In this document: positions 40,176 through 51,700 of the stretch, piece after piece
Layout of the letters: each line of letters starts with the position of its first letter
Position numbering within the stretch: the stretch's first letter is position 1
From: a virus
Strand: one strand, 5' to 3'
IMG/VR virus record: IMGVR_UViG_3300025849_000016
Location: 42,705-106,704 of that record
DNA: 64,000 nucleotides
Made by a program: the position numbers and the translations under genes
Notes under the pieces: generated by a model
Database searches by the model: none
Told to the model about the DNA's origin: nothing
Seen by the model: the letters and a program-made list of their open reading frames with translations, nothing else

Positions 40176-43100
40176 TTATACGCCTTCTAATATTGACAAA
40201 CTGCTAACACTTTGCCCTGCTGTTAATGCTATTCTAATTAACACAACGTTACCAGTTGTGCTTGTAGTACTTACTGTTCCTAAAGTCATTTGATAGTTTC
40301 CACTTAAACTAGTACCTGTTCCGATTATATTTGCTGGACCGTCTGCAACTCCATCACTAGTGTTGCCTCCAGTGCCTGAACCAGGTTTACCATTTCCGCC
40401 ATATGGAGTGCTACAATCTAACCAACCATTTAGACCGCTGGTTGTATCTGTATCACTGCCTGGTAATGCTAACCACATACCTGCAATTCCGCTTGATGAA
40501 ATATTAATTCTAAACTTACTTACTGCACTTCTTCTAAATGCCATTGTAAAATATTGTGTGCCAGTGTCACCACTTCTATCAGGACCTACTGGTAAATATG
40601 AGCTATAATTTTCTACATTATGCTCTAACACACCTAAACGTATAGTTGCTTCTTGAGTACCTTCTACGCCAGGATCAGTTGATTCTGTGTACGGATTATT
40701 TGTATAGAAATTTGTACTATTAACATATGCTGGATTATCAGTTGTTGCTGCATTAAAATCAAATATTCTTACAGCATCATCAGTGTGTGTAGAACCTAAG
40801 CTGTTTGAAACACTAATTGCAATTTCACTTATTCCAGTTTGTGCAGCAGTGTGTACAGCAATTTTTTCACTTTGTGCTTGGTAATCGCCGTAGCCGTTAA
40901 CATTTAATCCTCTTGTGCGTAATTGTTCAACTGTACGAACTGAGCTAGATGTAATATTAATATCAACTGGTCCTATTGAATAAGGTGTACCATTACCTGT
41001 ATTTGCATTTGGTATTCCGCCTGTTAAAAATGTTGTTGCTCCGTCAATTAATGCATATGAATATGACTGAGGTGATGTAATAGCACTTTGACTTGTTCCT
41101 TCAAGATTTGTTCCGCTTTCTACAGTAAACGGACTTGGTGTATCCATATATGTTTGGCCAATCCAATCATCTATTGTAACACCCGATAATGTTATTACTG
41201 GAGATCCAGTATTATAATATGGAACTCCACTAATATATCTATAAGTACCTGCTGTTTTTTCTGCTATTGTTCCTTCAGTTACAATAGGTGTATCAGTCAT
41301 TGTATCTTTAACAAATTCTACCAAGTTTGTATCTCCTGTAGCAGTATGGCTTAATTGAAATGTGTTTATTCCTACGCTTGTACTATTTGTTGCTTTTTTA
41401 ACTCTAGCTTTAAATCCTGAATATAATGCAGGATGGTATATACTACTACCAAAACTTGTACTACTTCCGCTTGCATTTAATAAATTATAATCTGATTCTT
41501 CTGTTAAGTCAAGAGCGCCAATATGCGCTGTATCGTCTCCTGATGATAAAGTTATAGTACCATCGTTAGCACCATTTACTTTTGCGTGTAGTGTACCTGC
41601 ACTAGCATTGTATGCAAATGTTGGTATAATACTACTTTCGATAAATCCAGTTGTTGCAGTATTTCTTTGGACATCATCACCAGCAGTTAATGTACTAGAT
41701 CCATTTGAATTATCAGTAGCGCCTGCTGCTAGTTTCGGACTTGAACCGCTTGGTATTGCTAAGGAAATTGTTTTTGTACTTAACCCTTGCGGTGCTGCAA
41801 TGTTTGGGTCATATACTTTTAAAGTTGTAGTTGTTGACATTGGAAATAATGCAGGTGTTGCTGTTGTATGTGTTAACAATTGCAATGTTAAAGTATCTGA
41901 TCCTGTTCCAGTAGCAGTGCCGCCTGCCCATGTATGTTGTAATCTACTTCCTGCTACACCGCCAGCGGCTGCATCACTTGCAATGCTATCATTTGAACTT
42001 CCGTCACCCCAATTCATAGAATAAGTTACATCTGCCATTGAAGTATTTGTAGTTAGATTTTCTAAATATAAACTATCGCCTTCAATAACATACTTTTCAT
42101 TGCCAGTTAATGCACTTCCTCCAGTTGATGCATTATAAAGACTAAATGCCATTACAGGATCTGCTGTGTAAATTACGATGTAATCGGTATTAGTTGCACT
42201 TGCTTCACTACCGTATCCACTACCAGAATTATTAAAAGCACGTACTACAACTGTATAAGGTGATCCTGCATTACTTGTATAAGTGTGGCTCGGTGTGTTA
42301 TCTGAAGTAGCTGACGTTGTATTACCGTCGCCCCAGTCAATATCATATCTATTTGAATTGCCATCAACTGTTAAACTAAGAGTAACAGTTGTTCCTTCGC
42401 CTCCAGCTTGTGGTGATGCACTAAATGTTACACCTCTAACAAATGTATCGTTTGCTACATTAAACATTGTTTCGTTAAGTTGATCTAATGCTTCTGCAAT
42501 GTTGCCGCTTGCTGATAACTCTTTGTAAGCACCATCTGCAAATCCGCCATCTGATGGTGCACCTAAAGTAATTTGATTACCAATTTGTGAACCACTTACT
42601 AACGATACTTCGCTATCAACATATGCTTTAACACTTTGTTGTGTAGGTATAGCTGTTGCACTATCACTTACTAGATCATCTTCATCTAAAATTGCATCAA
42701 CTTCTGTAGTATTTTCAATGTTAAATCTACCAATAACTTCTACTGCACCTGTTCCTGCTGCTTTTAGTTCTAAAGCCGAATTTGTATTGCTAGTTGCAAT
42801 TGTGTTATCAGTAATTGTAATAGACGGAGTAATAATATCTCCATCTACATTAATATTTGATCCGACTGTGACAGTTTGTGTTGTTTCAATTGTTGTAGCT
42901 GTAATTGCTGCTGTATCAACATCTGATAAGATTGTAGTACCTGTAACATTAAATGTGCCTTCAATAGTTGTATTAGCTTTTAGTTCTATTTCGCCTGTTC
43001 CCGAAACACCTAATTGCAAGTTACTATTTGATTCAGTAGTTTGAATCAAATTTCCATCAATTCTAATATCGTCAAGTATCAAAGAACCTGCATTTATTTC

Positions 43101-46100
43101 GGCTGCATAAAGATCCATCATAACATCAGAATCTGGCATGTGTACCATCATACCATCAATGTGTTGACTCATTGTTACGTTGCCCAAATAAATTGAATTT
43201 CCGCTTAGGTACAAATCTTTCCATCTTTTTAAATCAGTACCTAAGTCGTATGTTACATCATCATTAGGTATTAAATCTGAGTCAAACTCGCCGGCAATTG
43301 TTATTCCGTCTGAATCGCTATCGCCTATTGTAATGTTGCCACCGATAACAACATTACCTGTTGCATTAATATCTACTGCATCAATATTGCCAAATTTTAC
43401 ATTACCTAGTGTGCCTGCAAATACTTCTGACGAGTTTGTAGCATCCGAAATAAAGGTAAATTTTTCATCTGTTCTATCAAATCCAAAAAATCCAACTTTT
43501 GCATCAGTACCAGTATGCCAACGGAATTCAACACCTTTATCCTTAGTATCATCAGTTGCAGGAGCAGTGTCGCCTCCTAATGTAAGTATAGGATCGTCTA
43601 ATGTTGTTACTGTACTATTAATTGTAGTTGTAGTACCCATAACTTGCAAGTCGCCTTGTATAGTTAGTGTACCTGCAGAACCAGCTGGTGTTGGATCAAT
43701 TACAAGTGTTCCTGATGATGTACTAATAGTATTTCCATCAATTGTAATATTATCTACTACTACTGCTGTAGCTGTAAGTGTGGTTCCGTCAAATGTTAAG
43801 TTTGCATTATCTTCAATTTCAGATGCACCCATTAGCAATACACGACCGTTTGTTAAACTTTCTAAGTTTAGTCCTGCTAGTGTTGTTGTGCCGTCTACGT
43901 GTAAGTCGCCTGACACAAGTGTATCACCTGATGCTTGTTGTACTGTAAAGTTTCCTGCACCAATGCTAAACTCAGTTCCATCAAACGTTAAATTTGCATC
44001 ATCTTCAATTGCGCCGCCGCTTCCAGCAATAACAATACGATTGTCTGTTAAGTCTTCTACAATAGCACTTGCTAATGTAGCTTCATTGTCAACATCTAAT
44101 GTTCCTTGTAGTGTAGCATTGCCTGTAACGTCAATTAACCCAGCAACAGTTAGTGTACCGCCTGCTCCGCTTGGATTAGGATCAATAGTAATATCTGTAC
44201 TTGCTGAAATAGTGCTTCCGTCAATATCAATATTGTCAATTGATGCATTACCAGTTATTGATAATGTACCAGTAATATCAACATTAGTTAATGTAGATGT
44301 TCCTGTAACACCTAATGTACCGCCGATAGCAGTGTCACCAGTTGCTTGAGCAATTGTAAATTCAGTTAAGTTTGGACCAAATCCTAAATCACCAGTAGCG
44401 CCAATTTGCATACGCACTGACCCGGCAGTATAAAAATCTAATTCGTCGTTGTCAGTACCCGGTGACGATTCGGCAATAATCTTTGTGTCTTGATCAACAT
44501 CTTTTACACCACCTAATGACGCCCACGCAGTACCGTCATATCCTTCAAATGCAGTGTCAGTAGAGTTGAAACGCATTTGTCCAGTTACTGGCGTAGGACG
44601 TTCTAATGTTGTACCTACTGGAATTTGTAATGAACTTGTAGTGCCGATAATCATATCGGTGCCGTCGAATGTTAATGCTGCACTATCTTCAATTGCGCCT
44701 GATGTGCCAGCAAGAACAATTCTGTTTGCAGTTAGATCTGATATTGTTGCACTACTTAAAGTTGTTTCTTGTGCGTCTAATACTTGTAATGTAGTATCAC
44801 CTGTTACATCTAATGTGTCAGATACTGTTACTGCGCCTGTTATATTTGTATCTGATAATAATTCAACAGTTCCTGTTCCTGCTGCAATTATTTCAACAGG
44901 TGAGTTTGTAGAAGTAGTTGCAATTCTATTTCCAGTTATTAATATATCTTCGCCAACTAATCTATCAGCATATACTTCGCCTGCTGTAATGTTTACTTCG
45001 TTTCCTGCTGCATCAACAACTTTAAATCCGCCACTTTCTTCTTTAAGTTGAATACCGCCTAGATGAATTTGTCCAGCGACATATAACTTACGCCAATTTT
45101 TTGTAGCACTACCTAAGTCATATGTTTCGTTTGCATTTGGAATTAAATGACTCTCAAAATCAGCAGCAACAGTGATGCCATCTGTGTCTGCATCGCCTAT
45201 TGTAATGTTACCACCGATTGTAACGTCACCGCTTACATCAAGGTTACCTGTAACATCTAATGTAGTGCCGTCAAATGTTAAGTTGCCGCTATCTTCAATT
45301 GCACCCGATGTACCTGCAAGCACTATTCTGCCTGCTGTTAAGTCTGATACTGTTACACTGCTTAGTGTTGTTTCTTGTGCATTTAAAACTTGTAGGGTAG
45401 TATCGCCTGTTACATCTAATGTTCCTGTTGTGTTTATATTACCTGTTGTGTCTGCAACAGTGAATGCACCGTCAACATCAATACCTCCATCTAAGGAAGC
45501 TAGACCTACAACGTCTAGTGCATCATTAATTGTAGTAACACCTGTTATTTCTAACGTTCCGCTGACAGTTGCATCGCCTGTTATGTTTGTATCAGTCTGT
45601 AATTCAATTGTACCTGTGCCAGCTGCATCTAATTCTAGTGGACTGTTTGTATTAACAGTTTCAATTCTGTTACCGTTAATTTGTACATCTTCGACGTTTA
45701 ACTGCCCAATGTTAACTAATGATGCATATAATTTATTCCAAGGTTTTGTTGTACTACCTAGATCGTATTTGTCAGCTTCGTCAGGAATAAGATTAGATTC
45801 AAAGTCAGCTGCTACTGTAATTGCATCTGTATCTGCATCACCGATTGTAATGTTACCGCCAATATTAACATTACCTGTTACATCTAAATTTCCTGCAAGA
45901 TTTGTGTCGCCTGTTACAGTCAAAGTTTGTCCAACAGTTACAGTTCCGCTTACTTCAGTGTCTGCACTTAAATTAATATTTGATGTTCCAGAAGGAGTAA
46001 GATTTATATCTCCTGTAATAGTAGAAATACTATTGCCTGCTAATCTAAGATTTCCTGTTTCAATTTTAAATGGATCAACTGTACTTGTGTTAACACCGCT

Positions 46101-48743
46101 TACAAAATTAATACCTGTAAGAGTAGTTACATCAAATGTGCCGCCTTGGAATGTAGTGTTTCCAGTTTGTTGGTCAACTGTAAAGTGTGCGCCAATTCTA
46201 AAATCACCTCGTTGGTCAACTGTTGAATAATATACTCTACCGCCGTTTGTTTCAGTAATTTCGTTTGCTTGTACAACAGCAGTATCGTCATTATCTAATC
46301 TCTTGCCAACACCGATATAACCAAAATTGTGAGATACCATTCTCAAACTTGTATCTGGGCCGTCTGCAACTATACCAAAGTTACCATAGACGTTTGCCGA
46401 TGCAATTGAGCGCATTTCAGCAGCAAACTCTTTTCTGTCATAACGTAAGATACTTGTAGCAGTAGCACCGCCGTTAAAAACAATTGAATCTGGTGTAAAA
46501 TCAAATCCTTCTAGATCATCGTTACGCCCGTTTTGTAAAAGAGTAGTTCCGTTTTCAACTGCATCAACTGTCATTGTTACAACAGTTGATCCGTCAGTAG
46601 ATGTAAATGTTGCAACGTCACCTGCTGCTATTGTTCCTACTACTCCGCCTAGTGTAATATGTGTCTTGCCAACGCCGCCGCGACCTGTAGTTCCTGTAAT
46701 ACCTTTAATTGCCTCGTGTGCAAAATATGTAAAACAATTTAACCATTCAACTCTTGCACCATTAGTCATAATTAAACCAACTGAGTTAGGAACAATAAAT
46801 GTTACACTGTCAAATAGCATTGCAGGTTCTATTGAGCCAGGTGAAATACTTGCACCGTCAACTAATGCTCCGCGGCCTGCATCGCCTGCATCAAAACCGT
46901 ATGGATCATCACTAGCATTAGTACTAAGTCTTACACTTGAGCCAAAGTTAGCAACAGTAATATCTTTAATGTATGCTGACCGTATTGAAACACTTGCTGT
47001 TGGCTTGTAACGTATAGCATACCCAGTATCATTAGTACTGTTGTATTCCATTTCACGAATTGTCATACTTTCAATAACAACACCGCCATCAACACGGAAA
47101 CAGTCTAAATCTCTAGTAGCCGCACTAGGTTTAATTTGTGTTGCACGTAATCCTTCACCAACAACAGAAACATTTTCTGGTACATCTAACGGAAATGTTT
47201 CTGTAAATGTACCTGCACTAATTCGAATTGTATCTCCTGAATTTGCTTGTGATAGTGCATGTTTAATAGTTGCATATGCATCGTTAGGAAGACTGCCACT
47301 GTTAGTATCATTACCGTTTACTGTTACATAAATGATATTACCTTCTGGCATGTTTAAATCTATACCTTTAGCAAGTATTCTGCCAGTGCCGGCTGCATCG
47401 AGTTCTAAATCTGCATTTGTATTTAAAGTTCTAATTCTGTTGCCGTCAAGTTCTATTTCGTCTACAACAATACTGTGTGCATCAATTACACTTGCTTCAA
47501 AATCTGTTCTTGATCCATCTTCGCTTATAATTACAAGACCGCCGCTGCCGTTGTCCTGCATTTTTAATCCACCTAAGTAGATTGTACTTCCGCTTACATA
47601 CAGCGAGCGCCATCTTTTTGCATCTGAACCTAGATCGTAAGTGCCATCGTCGTTTGGTATAAGATGTGATTCAAAATCAGCAGCAACAGTAATCGAATCC
47701 GTGTCTGCATCGCCTATTGTAATGTTACCACCTAATGTAAGATTACCTGTAATTTCTGTGTCACCTGTAACAACAAGTGTAGTGCCGTCAAATGTTAAGT
47801 TAGCACTATCTTCTAGTTCTCCGTCTGTGCCTGCTAGTAATACTCTACCTGATGTTAAATCACTTACAGTCAAGCTAGGAGCTACAACATCACTTAGTAT
47901 ATCTATAATGCCAGTGCCAGCAGCAAGTAATTCTAAATTTGCGTTAGAATCATAAGTTTCAATTCTATTGCCATTAATTGCAATTGCAGAGAGTTTTAAA
48001 TTTCCGTTTGGGTCAACTTCAACATTTTCACCAATAGTAGTTGTGCCACCACCACCACCAATTTGTGTATTACCACTATCGTCAATTACAATATCGTCGT
48101 CACCAATAGTAGTTGTACCACCGGTACCTGCACCAATTTTTAAATTTTCATACGGTAAACTAACAATTTCAGTTCCGCCTGTTCCAGCTCCAACAATAAC
48201 AGATCCAAATTGTGTACCGCCTGATGCTGATAGACCTAATCCACCTTCATAAACTGCACCTTCTATATAAACAACATTACCAGTTAATCCAGAAGGTAAG
48301 TTATCTCCAATGAAGTTTAGTACACCTGATTGATAATCAAAGAACCATTCGTCGTTGTTTCCAGAACCAGCAGCAAATATTTTTGTTCCTGTTGAAGCTG
48401 GACTAGCTGCACCTGCACTATCAATGTACACGTTTACTTGATATGTAGCACCAAACTGTGGAGGGATCCAGTTTTCGTATCCTGTTTTCCAAGTTCTATT
48501 TGGAGTAGCAGTTGCGTCTTGTGTACACTCGGCTGTATAAAGTGCTACAGGTGCAGCAGCAGTTAACGGTTTTATGTTAGGTACGCTGCCACTATCAGCC
48601 CATAATTGATCTGAACGCAATAGCAATCCACTTGATATACTTTCATTAACAGCACTTTTAATGCTATTGACGTCAGTTTTAGCTACACCATAACCTACTT
48701 TTTTCCAAAGCCAGTCAATTTTTTGTATGTCACTTATTGCCAT
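40176..48743 (-). CDS. Giant fibre protein (2855 aa): shared N-domain, beta-helix, PKD-containing shared C-region
   Basis: MAISDIQKIDWLWKK N-terminus; IIYVTVNGNDTNSG beta-helix start; WGDG...SHTY PKD motifs; C-terminal ~800 aa paralogous to 48755..52153. Confidence 0.85.
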   Translation of the reverse strand: MAISDIQKIDWLWKKVGYGVAKTDVNSIKSAVNESISSGLLLRSDQLWADSGSVPNIKPLTAAAPVALYTAECTQDATATPNRTWKTGYENWIPPQFGATYQVNVYIDSAGAASPASTGTKIFAAGSGNNDEWFFDYQSGVLNFIGDNLPSGLTGNVVYIEGAVYEGGLGLSASGGTQFGSVIVGAGTGGTEIVSLPYENLKIGAGTGGTTTIGDDDIVIDDSGNTQIGGGGGTTTIGENVEVDPNGNLKLSAIAINGNRIETYDSNANLELLAAGTGIIDILSDVVAPSLTVSDLTSGRVLLAGTDGELEDSANLTFDGTTLVVTGDTEITGNLTLGGNITIGDADTDSITVAADFESHLIPNDDGTYDLGSDAKRWRSLYVSGSTIYLGGLKMQDNGSGGLVIISEDGSRTDFEASVIDAHSIVVDEIELDGNRIRTLNTNADLELDAAGTGRILAKGIDLNMPEGNIIYVTVNGNDTNSGSLPNDAYATIKHALSQANSGDTIRISAGTFTETFPLDVPENVSVVGEGLRATQIKPSAATRDLDCFRVDGGVVIESMTIREMEYNSTNDTGYAIRYKPTASVSIRSAYIKDITVANFGSSVRLSTNASDDPYGFDAGDAGRGALVDGASISPGSIEPAMLFDSVTFIVPNSVGLIMTNGARVEWLNCFTYFAHEAIKGITGTTGRGGVGKTHITLGGVVGTIAAGDVATFTSTDGSTVVTMTVDAVENGTTLLQNGRNDDLEGFDFTPDSIVFNGGATATSILRYDRKEFAAEMRSIASANVYGNFGIVADGPDTSLRMVSHNFGYIGVGKRLDNDDTAVVQANEITETNGGRVYYSTVDQRGDFRIGAHFTVDQQTGNTTFQGGTFDVTTLTGINFVSGVNTSTVDPFKIETGNLRLAGNSISTITGDINLTPSGTSNINLSADTEVSGTVTVGQTLTVTGDTNLAGNLDVTGNVNIGGNITIGDADTDAITVAADFESNLIPDEADKYDLGSTTKPWNKLYASLVNIGQLNVEDVQINGNRIETVNTNSPLELDAAGTGTIELQTDTNITGDATVSGTLEITGVTTINDALDVVGLASLDGGIDVDGAFTVADTTGNINTTGTLDVTGDTTLQVLNAQETTLSSVTVSDLTAGRIVLAGTSGAIEDSGNLTFDGTTLDVTGNLDVSGDVTIGGNITIGDADTDGITVAADFESHLIPNANETYDLGSATKNWRKLYVAGQIHLGGIQLKEESGGFKVVDAAGNEVNITAGEVYADRLVGEDILITGNRIATTSTNSPVEIIAAGTGTVELLSDTNITGAVTVSDTLDVTGDTTLQVLDAQETTLSSATISDLTANRIVLAGTSGAIEDSAALTFDGTDMIIGTTSSLQIPVGTTLERPTPVTGQMRFNSTDTAFEGYDGTAWASLGGVKDVDQDTKIIAESSPGTDNDELDFYTAGSVRMQIGATGDLGFGPNLTEFTIAQATGDTAIGGTLGVTGTSTLTNVDITGTLSITGNASIDNIDIDGSTISASTDITIDPNPSGAGGTLTVAGLIDVTGNATLQGTLDVDNEATLASAIVEDLTDNRIVIAGSGGAIEDDANLTFDGTEFSIGAGNFTVQQASGDTLVSGDLHVDGTTTLAGLNLESLTNGRVLLMGASEIEDNANLTFDGTTLTATAVVVDNITIDGNTISTSSGTLVIDPTPAGSAGTLTIQGDLQVMGTTTTINSTVTTLDDPILTLGGDTAPATDDTKDKGVEFRWHTGTDAKVGFFGFDRTDEKFTFISDATNSSEVFAGTLGNVKFGNIDAVDINATGNVVIGGNITIGDSDSDGITIAGEFDSDLIPNDDVTYDLGTDLKRWKDLYLSGNSIYLGNVTMSQHIDGMMVHMPDSDVMMDLYAAEINAGSLILDDIRIDGNLIQTTESNSNLQLGVSGTGEIELKANTTIEGTFNVTGTTILSDVDTAAITATTIETTQTVTVGSNINVDGDIITPSITITDNTIATSNTNSALELKAAGTGAVEVIGRFNIENTTEVDAILDEDDLVSDSATAIPTQQSVKAYVDSEVSLVSGSQIGNQITLGAPSDGGFADGAYKELSASGNIAEALDQLNETMFNVANDTFVRGVTFSASPQAGGEGTTVTLSLTVDGNSNRYDIDWGDGNTTSATSDNTPSHTYTSNAGSPYTVVVRAFNNSGSGYGSEASATNTDYIVIYTADPVMAFSLYNASTGGSALTGNEKYVIEGDSLYLENLTTNTSMADVTYSMNWGDGSSNDSIASDAAAGGVAGSRLQHTWAGGTATGTGSDTLTLQLLTHTTATPALFPMSTTTTLKVYDPNIAAPQGLSTKTISLAIPSGSSPKLAAGATDNSNGSSTLTAGDDVQRNTATTGFIESSIIPTFAYNASAGTLHAKVNGANDGTITLSSGDDTAHIGALDLTEESDYNLLNASGSSTSFGSSIYHPALYSGFKARVKKATNSTSVGINTFQLSHTATGDTNLVEFVKDTMTDTPIVTEGTIAEKTAGTYRYISGVPYYNTGSPVITLSGVTIDDWIGQTYMDTPSPFTVESGTNLEGTSQSAITSPQSYSYALIDGATTFLTGGIPNANTGNGTPYSIGPVDINITSSSVRTVEQLRTRGLNVNGYGDYQAQSEKIAVHTAAQTGISEIAISVSNSLGSTHTDDAVRIFDFNAATTDNPAYVNSTNFYTNNPYTESTDPGVEGTQEATIRLGVLEHNVENYSSYLPVGPDRSGDTGTQYFTMAFRRSAVSKFRINISSSGIAGMWLALPGSDTDTTSGLNGWLDCSTPYGGNGKPGSGTGGNTSDGVADGPANIIGTGTSLSGNYQMTLGTVSTTSTTGNVVLIRIALTAGQSVSSLSILEGV

Positions 48744-48754
48744 TTATTTCAACC

Positions 48755-51700
48755 TTACGATATCGAAAGTGCTGTAACACTTTCGCCTGCTGCTAATGCT
48801 ATTCTTACTAACACAACGTTACCTGTTGCATCTGTCATGTTTGCTGTACCTAGTGTCATCGAAAACGATCCACTAAGTGATTGCCCTGGAATTATTCTTT
48901 CACCTGGGTTTACTGCACACCCATTTGTGTTTGTAGGTGATCCTGATGCACCCGGAAGTCCTACACCATTATAAACTCCTGCACACTCTAACCAGCCGTT
49001 GATTGTACTACTACCATCAATTCCTGATCCAGGAGCAGCAATGAAAACACCTGTTACACCTGTTGAACTTGTAATATTAATATCAAAGTTTGCAACAACT
49101 TGACGTCTAAATGCCATTGTAAAATATTGTGTACCTGTATCGCTACTTCTGTCTGGTCCTACTGGTAATAAGACACTAAAATCATCAATGTTATGTTCTA
49201 GCACACCGTACCTTATTGTTGCTTCTTGTGTTCCAGCTACGCCAGGATCTGCTGATTCAGTATATATGCTATTTGTATAAAAGTTTGTTGAACTATTGTA
49301 TGCAGGAGTGTTTGTTGTATCTGCGTTAAAGTCAAATATTCTTACAGCATCATCACTAAAGCCTGTACCTAAACTTGCACTTACGTCGATTGCAGTTTCA
49401 TTTATTCCTGATTGTGATGCACTATGGACTTGAATTACTTCTGGTAAGCTAACATATGAACTATATCCATTAACATTACGGACTCTATATCTTAGTTGCT
49501 CTGAAACTCTTGTATTGCTTGCATTAATATTAACAACTAAATCTCCAAAGGCATATGCTCCACCTACACCTGTATCTGCATTAGGTATGCCTCCTGTTAA
49601 CATTGAGGGTGTTCCGTCTACATCGCTATAATCAAAGTTTTGTTCTACGATACCGCTACCACTTCCTTCAGTATCTGTTCCGCTTGTAACTTCTACAACA
49701 TCAGATATGTTTGCATATGTTTGACCAACTAAGTTAGTTGCTGTTGTTCCACTAAGTGTTAAACTTGCACCTGTGTTGTAATGAGGTACTCCGCTAACAT
49801 AACGAAGAGTTCCGGCTACATTTTCTGTTAGGGTGCCGCCTGTTGCAGTAGGATTAGTAGTGATATCGTCTTTAACAAATACTACTGTGTTTGTATCACC
49901 AGTAGCATCATGGCTAAGTTGAAAACTATTAATGCCTTTCGGAGTAGATGCATTAGATTTACTTACACGAGCTTTGAACCCGCTGTATAGTCCTGGATGG
50001 TATATACTAGAAGAAAAACTTGTAGAGCTGCCACCTGCATTTAGCAAGTTGTAGTCTTGTTCATCTGTAATTGTTACACTGTCTGTTGTACCTGTGTTAT
50101 CAGCTGCACTTAATCCTATTGCTCCGTCGGCTGTACCGTTGACTATAGCACTTAATGTTCCTGCTGCTGCATTATATGCAAATGTACTTGTAGCACTAGT
50201 CTGAATATTACCAGCTGCACTTTCTATTCTAGATATATTGTCACCTGCATTTAATCCAGATGTACCGCTTGTGTTGTCAGTTGCACTAGCTGCAAGTTTA
50301 GGACTTGTACCTTGTGTGCCTGTGATACTAATAGTTTTTGTGCTTAGTCCTTGCGGAGCAGCAATATTTGGATCATAGACTTTTAAGCTAGTAGTTGTTG
50401 ACAATGGAAATATACCAGGTGTAGCAGTTGTATGCGTTAACAAAGTAAGTGTTAATGTATCATTGCCGGTACCTGTGTTTGTAGCAGCGCCCCAAGTATG
50501 TTGCAATCTGCTTCCTGATACTCCGCCTGGATCGCTATCACTAGCAATGCTGTCTAGTGACGAACCATCACCCCAGTTCATTGAATAGGTAACAGCAGCC
50601 ATTGTTGTGTTTGTTGTTATGTTTTGTAAGTATAAGCTATCACCTTCAATAACGTATTTGTCATTACCGGTAATAGCACTGCCACCCGATGCTGCTCTGT
50701 AAAGGCCAAATGCCATAACAGGATCTGCTGTGTAAATTATTACATAATCTTCCTGAGTAGCACTAGCTTCGCTACCATAACCAGTACCATTATTATTAAA
50801 CGCACGTACAATTACAGTATATGGTGATCCTGTATTACTTGTATATGTATGACTAGGTGTACTGTCAGTAGTGTTTAATGTTACATCACCGTCGCCCCAT
50901 GTAATATCGTATCTATTTGAATTACCGTCTACTGTTAAGTTTAATGTAACTGTTAACCCTTCACCGCCTGCTAATGGTGATCCAGTAAATGATACACTTC
51001 TTACAAAAGTGTTGTTAGCAACATTACGCATTGTTTCGTTAAGTTGATCAAATGCTTCGGCTATATCTTCTGCAGGATCCAATCCAACATACGCTCCGTC
51101 GGTATATGTTCCGTCTGATGGTGTTCCGACAACAATTTGATCACCTATCAAAGATGAAACAGTGTTACCTATGTTTGTATCTACATATGCTTTTACACTT
51201 TGTTGTGTTGCTAATGCTGATGCACTATCACTTACAAGATCGTCTTCGTCTAATATATTATCAATTGATACACCTGCATTAACTCTAAAGTTGCCTTGTA
51301 CTTGTATTTGTCCTGTACCAGCTGCGGAAAATGTTAAATCACTGTTACTTGCTGTAGTTTGAATAGTGTTACCGTCAATAAGAATGTCATCATCTATAGT
51401 AACTGCTCCTATAGATAAGTCAGCTTGTACAATAACCTTTCCAGTGCCAGCAGTTTTAATAAAAATATCGCTGTTTGACTGTGTTGTTTGTAAGGTGTCG
51501 CCTGTAATTAATAAGTTTGCATCAATTAATGCACTTTCAGCTTCTGTTAATCCGCCAAGTTCACCTACAAGCTCGCCTTCGGGCAATTGAAATACTTGTA
51601 AACTACCATTACCAGAATCTTTCAATTCTATATTACCTAGTGTAATAGTTTGACCAGATAGATAAATGTCACGCCATCTTTTGTCTATAGAACCTAAGTC

